From positions 7,316,001-7,380,000 of the forward strand of contig CM035350.1 of assembly GCA_020137815.1 (NCBI GenBank): 64,000 bases of DNA, written 5' to 3'. The translations under genes were made by a program, and so were the position numbers. Positions 57,601-64,000 of this stretch are shown here, piece by piece (positions within the stretch are counted from its first letter, which is position 1; the number at the start of each line of letters is the position of its first letter). The notes below the pieces were generated by a model. That model saw nothing but the letters and a program-made list of their open reading frames with translations. It was not told the DNA's origin and ran no database searches. Origin of the DNA: Hormiphora californensis. Taxonomy: Eukaryota > Animalia > Ctenophora.

Positions 57601-60600
57601 ATAATATAATATCATAAATATTTGATGCTTTGTAGTTTATAAAATGTTCAATAAACGTTATAGTTTAATTTTAGTTTAATTTTAACTTAGTGGTCAGTGT
57701 CTTTATTTTGTTTCAGAGTGGAGAGTTATAGAGCGGGATGTGAAGATACCCTGGGACCTAGAGGGAACACCTCTCCAAATAAAGACGGACTCTACACTTG
57801 GTAGTAATGAGATAATAAATGTGGCAACGTTCGATAAGGACAGCAAAGTGATCGGTGGTATAAGCGTGAAATTCTCCTCCCCAATGCAGTATCATATAAA
57901 CTTCTGCCTAAAGAGCTTTATAGACCTGCCAGTACAACCCCCGGTCGAGGCGGAAAAGATCTGGATGATCAGCAAAACCGAGACCGCCCTCATTATCACA
58001 TGTAATAATGTGGAGGTGGTGAACTTCCTGTTCGCAGATAGTTCAAGGGAAAACTGTGTTACACAACGGGGTGGGGATATTGTGGATAAGATCTATTTTA
58101 GCATTTATGACACAGCATCCGACTACTTTACCAGAGCAGGTAAGGTCTAAATCTAATGTATGCCACTAATTACGGTACGTGGGTTTAGTAGTGTGTTCAT
58201 TGCTATCTGTAATTTAAATTTCATGAAATGATTTACTTTGCTGTTTTCTCAAAACATGTCGTGTTGTGCGTCAAACCCAGTGGTCTGGCGTTTTCACAGG
58301 TTTGTAAGGTACACCTTGAATGTCTTTAGATCAGGCCATGTGTTAGCTAGCAACTTTTCTAATTTGAATCTTGAATCTAGGGAACATTGCATACCATACC
58401 ATATATATCTACTGTCAGTCGACCCTTTTAAAAACTTTCTTGCAGGTAGAAAGAAAATAAAGCAATTTTTTACCTAGATTTTTATCTAGTCTAAACTAAA
58501 TAACTCAGATATCAGTTATAAACTCTCTGGTTGTGTAACAAATAACACAACCCACAAGGTTGGTATCGAAGACACCTCACACTTCGCGGCCTTCGTTTGG
58601 TGCGCTTTGCGCGCCGGCAAGGGAGGGGTAACTTCGTTACCAACCCACAAGGGACATCAGGGATTGTGTAACCATATCTTATAGTTATTATCAATTAATA
58701 ATTCCTTCTCTCCCCCTGATCTCACAGGCCTGACACCGTGTTGCAACGTGTACAACGTGTATTTACATCATCACGTGCCAAAAGTAGCGTGCCACCCTTT
58801 TTGTGAACTGTCATAGCTCCTTAATTTCAAATCCAATAAAAACCACGTTTTCGATATTGTAATTGTACTGGGTGTTCATTTTGGATCTTTACAAGCGTCG
58901 GGCTTCACCCAGAAAAAAGTTGACAAGATTAGGTCATGATACTTCATACTTGGACTATTCTATACCCTCATTCAAGGTTCCTGGGGGTTTTGGAGCTTTA
59001 GGACCCTGGGAAGTGTGTTTTTGGCATCAAAACTACCAGAAGGAATTTTTTGCTGGTGCTGAGACTTTGCTAAAATGTTTTTTGGGTATTTTCTATGTCA
59101 ATCCTAAAGTTTCATAGAGATTGGATGTGTTTTTCGGACTCAAAATTTCGATAAAAGTGGCTGGAAAGGCTCGAAAACAGCTCAAAAACGGCTAAAATTG
59201 AGTCTTTCCAGCCACTTTTTACGAAATTTTGAGTCTGAAAAACACATCCAATCTCCATGAAACTTTAGGATTGACATAGAAAATACCCAAAAAACATTTT
59301 AGCAAAGTCTCAGCACCAGCAAAAAAATTTCTTCTGGTAGTTTTGATACCAAAAACACACTTCCCAGGGTCCTAAAGCTCCAAAACCCCCAGGAACCTTG
59401 AATGAGGGTATAGAATAGTCTAAGTATGAAGTATCATGACCTAATCTTGTCAACTTTTTTCTGGGTGAAGCCCAACGCTTGTAAAGATCCAAAATGAACA
59501 CCGTGTACAATGACTAGGGGGGGGGGTGTGGCATATTACTAGGGGGAGGGGGGCATGTTAATAGGGGGGGGGGGGGGCATGTTACTATACTCGGGGGGGG
59601 GGGGGGGCAATGAAATGTATCACTATAATTAGTTGAAGTAGTAGTAGTAGGGGAAGCAAGAAATAGTGATCAAATTGGGGTGATGAAATATTAACTTTAA
59701 CAGATCTACATTGCATGTACTGATTGTACCTACCCGAAGCCAGATGAGGGGGCTATCCTGATCAGTGTGAGAGAGATCAATATCCACCTCCTCCCCTGTG
59801 AATAGTGGTATTTTCTTTTTCTTGTTTCTCCTGCTCTTCGACTGACAGACTAGCTCCTGCAGATCATCATTCTGCTCCACCTGGCGGGGGGGGGGGGGGG
59901 GGTAGATAAACCGGTGGAGGGGGGGGGTGTTAGGTAAACTGGGGGGTGGATGGGGTTGTTAGGTAAACTGGAAGGCAATGTAGTAAAATGAAATAAGTTT
60001 GAGGAGGAAGGTAATTGAATCCTGGTATGTTACCTGGTATGTTATTATTATTATTATTATTATGTTACCTGTAGAGTATTAGAGAATGACCCATCTATCT
60101 CCTGGACAAGTACCGTTAGTTGCCCAACATATTTATCACTGTCATGTAGCGGCTTCTGTTTTATTGTCACATCAGCCAGGTTTCGCTTCCGATTAAAAGC
60201 GAAACTAAAGTTTAGGATACTGAACCCGGGTTGATAAACGTATCTGTTTACAAATTCTGACAGATCTTTCCCACACTCCATCTGGATTGTATTGAGGAAG
60301 TCTTGTGCTGTTAGGAGGGCGTTTATACTGCTACTCTCACCCGAGGGGTTAGTCCACGCTAGTGCTAGCAACTTTTTAATAACATTTTGAAAGTGGATCT
60401 TCTCCCCCAACCTAGCCTCAACTATCCGCATCACTAACATGCTCTTTAGCTCCATTAGTTCCACGATATGGGGCGGGGTCAGGATGGGGTCCATATGGAA
60501 GGTCTGGGCGTTGGAACCCGAGGTCAGGGCATAACTCTGGGTTTTATCCTTCAAGTGAAGTGGGGGTAGGAGTTGGTTACACTCAGCCTTGTAGACCCTG

Positions 60601-62623
60601 TTTAGCTGCTCATATACCCAGAACCGGCTAGCGTTAAACCCAAATATCTTCCTCATTAGAACCAGGAACACAATATGTTTAATTCCCACAACTAGCCACT
60701 TGTCGTTAAACGACTCTGGGACAATAAACACCCCGAAATACTGGTCCGCAATGGCCAGACCGAGAACACGACGGGACACAAGAGTCTGGTCTATGATACG
60801 GGCCGAGTGGAGCAGAGTAACATTGGCAGTTGTTAGGGAAGCATAACTCTGGGTATCAGCCAGCATTTCCTCAAGGAATACTATCTTGTACTCCCCGTAG
60901 GGTAGGGACATGTTGAGGTACTCGATGTAGATGGGGTAGACCCTCTGGAGAAAGTCAGTAGTGTGTTGGAGGAGAGGGGACATGCCACGGGGGCAGAAGT
61001 ATGCTACATCAGGTCTCGTCGGTTCTGGGATGGTGTCGAAGTAGCCAATAGCAAAACCGATAGCTGGGAAACAGAGAGAGGGTGAGGGGGTTGGTAGCAG
61101 GGGTGTGTGGGCTGCGGGGGTGATTATAGGTATAATGGGGTTAGTTAATTAATTGGGGAATTAATTGTGCATTTTGGGAACAGGGGGGGGGTGTGTTTCA
61201 ATATAACACCTGTTGCAGCAGTTGGTATGTCTAATTTGAACATGTAATTCTTCTGCCGTTCATCTGAAGACAAAGTGTACTCCTTCAAACAGCCAGAAGA
61301 GACAACGGTTAGTTCTGAGTTGACGTTGAATTCTAACTGCCAATGGCATCGCGCCGAAACGGAGTCCAAACAGGGAAAACAGAACCGGGATGAGTTGGCA
61401 AACTGGGCCGTGTAGAGGTGGGCTTTTTCTATAGGGGGGTAATGGGAGTTAGAATGTGTTAAAGTTGGAATCGGGAAATCTACTTTTCAAAATCCCAACT
61501 ATTCCGGATTCCCCTCTCAAAAATTATTAATCCCGTCAGGTCCCTCTCAAAACTTATTAATCCCGTCAGGTCCCTCCCCCAACTTACTAATCCCGTCAGG
61601 TCCCTCCCCCAACTTACTAATCCCGTCAGGTCCCTCCCCCAACTTACTAATCCCGTCAGGTCCCTCCCCAACTTACTAATCCCGTCAGGTGCCTCCCACA
61701 ACTTACTAATCCCGTCAGGTCCCTTCCCCAACTTACTAATCCCGTCAGGTCCCTCCCACAACTTACTAATCCCGTCGGGTCCATCCCACAACTTACTAAT
61801 CCCGTCAGGTCCCTCCCCCAACTTACTAATCCCGTCAGGTCCCTCCCCCAACTTACTAATCCCGTCAGGTCCCTCGGGAACGTGGAAGTGTATGCCACAT
61901 AGAGGATCCTCCACAGCGAACTCGACCCTAACGTTGATTGTGGGACGGGTCGTGTTCCGAGATTGCAACTTCGCCTGAACCTCTCGCGGAATCTCAACCT
62001 TGAGCTCACCCTAAACACGGACTTGTTGATGTTATAATTATTATTGTGAACTAACAAGGGGTTGTAGAAATGAGCAATGCAAACCAATCTAACAATTATC
62101 AAAAGTGTCGGAAGCAAAACAAAATACCTGATTTTTGAAATCGTAGTCGTTTTTAAGGATGGCCTGTTGGTACTTTGTAAGGTAGTAGTCCAGTTTCCTC
62201 TTAGAGGGATCACCACACATCTAGTCAAAGGTGGGAATTATACATCTGAGGTAAAATCAAGTAAATAAATTTTAACAGAAACATTAATAAATTGTTAACA
62301 GCAAATTAAAAACAGACTAGAAAATTAAAAACAGCCTAGAACATAAAATAAGAAAAGACGAGAGAAAGGAATTTAAATACCTGAGTAAAAGGGTCATCCA
62401 TTGAAAACTTGACATCTTGACAACCATCCACCGATACATTATAGATCTTTATCTGCTGACAGTGCAGCGTCACATAGGGCAGGTGGTCTGTCTGGGGTCG
62501 AAGGGTGAGTTCGGTGTAACCAGCCAAGGATTTCCTGGAAAAGTTAACCGACCCAATCGATATGATCTGATGGACCACCTCATACTCATCCGTATCAGAC
62601 TTGTCTCCTCCGCCTCCACCCAT
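48675..62623 (-). CDS. TAF2: TFIID subunit 2 (M1 aminopeptidase fold), multi-exon with a ~9 kb expanded intron
   Basis: HQIISI..GYTELTL, GIHFHVP, SRFLFPCLD, FNRKRN, YVGQLTVLVQEIDGSF, KSRRNKKKKIPLFTGEEVDIDL, SPLIWLR, QLHYNDNQSNEYDDSY. Confidence 0.93.
52392..55088 (-). CDS. LINE ORF2 (APE endonuclease lacking its N-terminus + reverse transcriptase), CR1/L2 type
   Basis: GGGV, GDLN, LDL, SDH (EN); KATGPDNI, NYRPISLT, QHGF, YFDFQKAFDSV, SGVPQGSILGP, YADD (RT); 898 aa with no stop. Confidence 0.93.
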   Translation of the reverse strand: MKTFSKKGGGGVLILCKNNIGVETELVKTKTDLPIVTILLKHKNIAPICISTFYRYDYSGSEHFKEAERYYTNLAKKFKNLTIIGDLNLSSVDNWDVPVSNNSTHESFINLFLSLGLKSLVNVPTHRDGNILDLILTNIETTYSNVLLEENSLVKSDHLTLKCEINFKKSRPKYKNCKKFSYRRADWDSLNEELLGIDWLGQFKDLSAEQSLQVFKSRLDIALRHNVPLVNVKIGSQPPWYDEELRQLKKSFDNSRKAFLKNIDSIVAKEEYELKEHQYRTLAIEKETSFLELSSIDELTPNANVSKKFFKHVKSKTNSTRIPERVYFNNKFSSSSRRKCEMFNEFFCNQFTESSTYKETVDIDRDHTNDFNSEIFRFDEILKILKKLDASKATGPDNIDGVVLKKCHKSLAYPLTLIFNKSYSEGCIPTEWKTANVVPVYKKGERSCVENYRPISLTCLVMKVFEKLVRERLYKACLEKITPYQHGFVPLKSCTSQLIEFNCELALNINNRNQTDIVYFDFQKAFDSVSHDVIINKLKNEFNLGGKMLRFLMNYLSGRQQRVVLDGEFSEWVEVRSGVPQGSILGPFLFVLFINDIVNVLREDNLTKIRLYADDLKIWRVINSEEDSLQPDIDSLVEWAKDNKMIFHPKKCKLLRCTKIIKQRQLNYHLGRDEIKLCENEVDLGVSTNHKLSPIEHQKNVVSKASQRLGLVKRVGVLVKCPLKKKNLYISLVRSLFEHCSQIWRPQSESSLLKFERLQKRATKWIFGETDTSYSLDTYIKKLREIDVLPMTQKFQYNDLKLFHKIFYETSPIKLPSFLQKYNPELHDRRATRQQTKRDSTDIICTEQPRVDLFKNCYFYRCHLEWNLLPKELRNTAEHHLFSSRLKDHLWKALHDIT
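55104..56140 (-). mobile_element. 5'-truncated RTE-clade LINE inserted in the CR1/L2 element
   Basis: QGDIQGP, LDYADD, GLKINAKKTK, FTYLGS, LLYGCEAW, RLRWFGH, RGRPRKTW, then a very short 3' UTR ending in (TAAG)n. Confidence 0.85.
56141..57417 (-). CDS. LINE ORF1 with AlkB-type 2OG-Fe(II) dioxygenase, Pro-rich linker and truncated SGNH/GDSL esterase
   Basis: FNSCLVTRY..GYHSDFE...FKHR...RYALSFR (HxD..H..RxxxxxR); LLLGTSM, SISGARL, FGTND esterase blocks. Confidence 0.82.
57556..58139 (+). CDS. Fragment of a probably secreted protein gene, antisense in the TAF2 intron (exons ~57556-57591, 57718-58139)
   Basis: Hydrophobic mini-exon ALCATVVLTAI, clean AG/GT sites, and a ~140-aa beta-rich domain IPWDLEGTPLQIKTDS..DTASDYF; no clear ATG. 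Confidence 0.5.
58560..58643. mobile_element. 84-bp internally deleted copy of the 37242-37950 element
   Basis: Same two ends joined directly; perfect 9-bp TSD CCCACAAGG. Confidence 0.85.
58862..59511. mobile_element. About 650-bp foldback (arms ~310 bp)
   Basis: ORF track gives near-identical peptides on opposite strands (58863+ and 59310-). Confidence 0.85.
61528..61876. repeat. 30-bp tandem repeat spanning a TAF2 exon/intron junction
   Basis: Minus-strand unit GAGGGACCTGACGGGATTA|GTAAGTTG.GG, about 11-12 copies. Confidence 0.9.
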
Positions 62624-62856
62624 AGTTAGGACATAGTGTGCTAATCTGTGTTGGAGATATAGTTCGATAAAGAGTTGGGTGGGGTGGTATTGGGATTTGG
62701 GTAAGTGTCTGAAAAAGAGGAGGGAATCAAATAATTGGACACGGGTGTGTTTGTGATTGTAATGAGTTGTCAGATACAGTTCAATAATGCTATACAACAA
62801 GTCACATGTGCAACTGGTCCATATTATATAGGTACAAATAAAAACCACGTCAGACC

Positions 62857-64000
62857 TCAGTAATTTCGGACCTGAGCATCTTTCAGATAAGTCTGTAGAG
62901 CATCCAACCGTGCATCGATCTCTGCTATCTCAGAATCTTTAGTGAAACTCAGATTACTAACGTTGTTCAAGTATCTCCTGTTGTTGTTTTCCTTGTCACT
63001 CCCTTGGTTCACATACCTCCCCTCCTCCTCCTCATCCTCTATCTCACTCCCTCCTGCACTGCTACAACTCCCCCCTCCACGCACAAGATTATCCCGGATA
63101 ATATCCCGTACTACCCCAGAGGGCGGGCGGTTATGATATAAACTAGGGCTAGCCTTCCTCTTCTCCACGGGAGTTGAGCGTGCACGGGGTAGGTATGTGT
63201 TTGTACGGACTTCTCGAGCTTTCTTCGAACGATTCTCCTCTATTCTCCGCTGTTTATCTCTCACATAAGCACTCGGATCGAATCGTGGCCCTGGGGAGGG
63301 AGTTCTGACTCTCCTCCTACCTCCCCCCTCAGAACTAGCAGGTCTCCTTCTCTCCATGCTACCTGATCTCTCCACGCTCCCAGCTCTACTGCCTGATCTC
63401 TCCACGCTCCCAGCTCTACTGCCTGATCTCTCCACGCTCCCAGCTCTGCTGCCTGACCTTTCCACGCTCCCAGCTCTACTGCCTGATCTCTCCACGCTCC
63501 CAGCTCTGCTACCTCGTCCAACACTTCCCGTCCTGCTACCAGCACTGGTATTTCTGCTGCCACAACTATTGCGTGTGGCAGGTCTGTTCCTCTCAAAACT
63601 GTTTCGCCGGGGATTCCGCTCGAAACTGCCCGCTCGCGGATTTCGATCAAAACTGCTTTGTCGACTGTTGGTTCGGTTACGATCGAAACTACTCTGCCGA
63701 CTTCCTGACCGGTTTCTCTCATTTTGTCTGCCTGAGCTCCGTTTGTTGTTTGTGTTTCCTGGTCCGGGGCTACTACGAGGTGTACTGCTTCGGTACAATT
63801 TGTTCCGTTTCTCCACATTCAACTCTGTAGTGACACTCCTCAATTTCACAGTGAGAGCCCTGTTTTCCGTCCTCAAATTCTCAACCTCTAATACCAGTTT
63901 CCTGCACTCTACTCCCTTCTTGTCAAGGGCACGCTGGTACTTGTTCTTCTCCCGGATCATATCAGACTCAAGGTTGTGAAGTGCGTTTTGGAGGGTTTTC
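62857..64000 (-). CDS. CCDC61: Centrosomal protein CCDC61/VFL3, 3' part (runs off the window)
   Basis: Coiled coil, R/S-rich region with (SGSRAGSVER)n, RFDPSAYV, terminal EIAEIDARLDALQTYL. Confidence 0.85.
   Translation of the reverse strand, partial: KTLQNALHNLESDMIREKNKYQRALDKKGVECRKLVLEVENLRTENRALTVKLRSVTTELNVEKRNKLYRSSTPRSSPGPGNTNNKRSSGRQNERNRSGSRQSSFDRNRTNSRQSSFDRNPRAGSFERNPRRNSFERNRPATRNSCGSRNTSAGSRTGSVGRGSRAGSVERSGSRAGSVERSGSRAGSVERSGSRAGSVERSGSRAGSVERSGSMERRRPASSEGGGRRRVRTPSPGPRFDPSAYVRDKQRRIEENRSKKAREVRTNTYLPRARSTPVEKRKASPSLYHNRPPSGVVRDIIRDNLVRGGGSCSSAGGSEIEDEEEEGRYVNQGSDKENNNRRYLNNVSNLSFTKDSEIAEIDARLDALQTYLKDAQVRNY

Noticed and set aside
58863-59510. Two homologous small ORFs on opposite strands as a gene pair
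   Set aside because: By-product of the foldback inverted repeat
61528-61876. CRISPR-like array (also 43222-43438, 47290-47452, 63361-63510)
   Set aside because: Head-to-tail repeats with no unique spacers, eukaryotic context, no cas genes

Overview
Gene-dense eukaryotic (animal) genomic DNA with short GT-AG introns, microsatellites and many small palindromic DNA-transposon derivatives. The compact layout and splice acceptors directly ahead of start codons suggest an SL trans-splicing invertebrate, possibly a ctenophore (inference only). Genes in order: a class A GPCR with a very long third intracellular loop (+); a co-oriented minus-strand run SCLY > GCSH > SKP2 > Nudix (YJR142W-like) > DDRGK1 > SRP19, with a kringle-TM gene nested antisense in SCLY; PAR6 (+); an EamA/SLC35G transporter (-); a SAM-domain gene fragment (+); and a second minus-strand run CCDC61 > TAF2 > ALMS-motif gene > BTB/BACK gene > PACRGL. 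Three observations stand out. (1) A CR1/L2-type LINE in a TAF2 intron has an ORF1 carrying an AlkB-type 2OG-Fe(II) dioxygenase plus an SGNH esterase, and is interrupted by an RTE-clade fragment. (2) Two identical U5 snRNA genes, each with its own PSE-like element and 3' box, sit in sense orientation in introns of SRP19 and DDRGK1, among other structured ncRNA candidates. (3) The gene runs look like operons, and one contains three centriole/cilia genes. Several single-base frameshifts in homopolymers are most likely assembly errors. Gene identities come from motif recall, not database searches.
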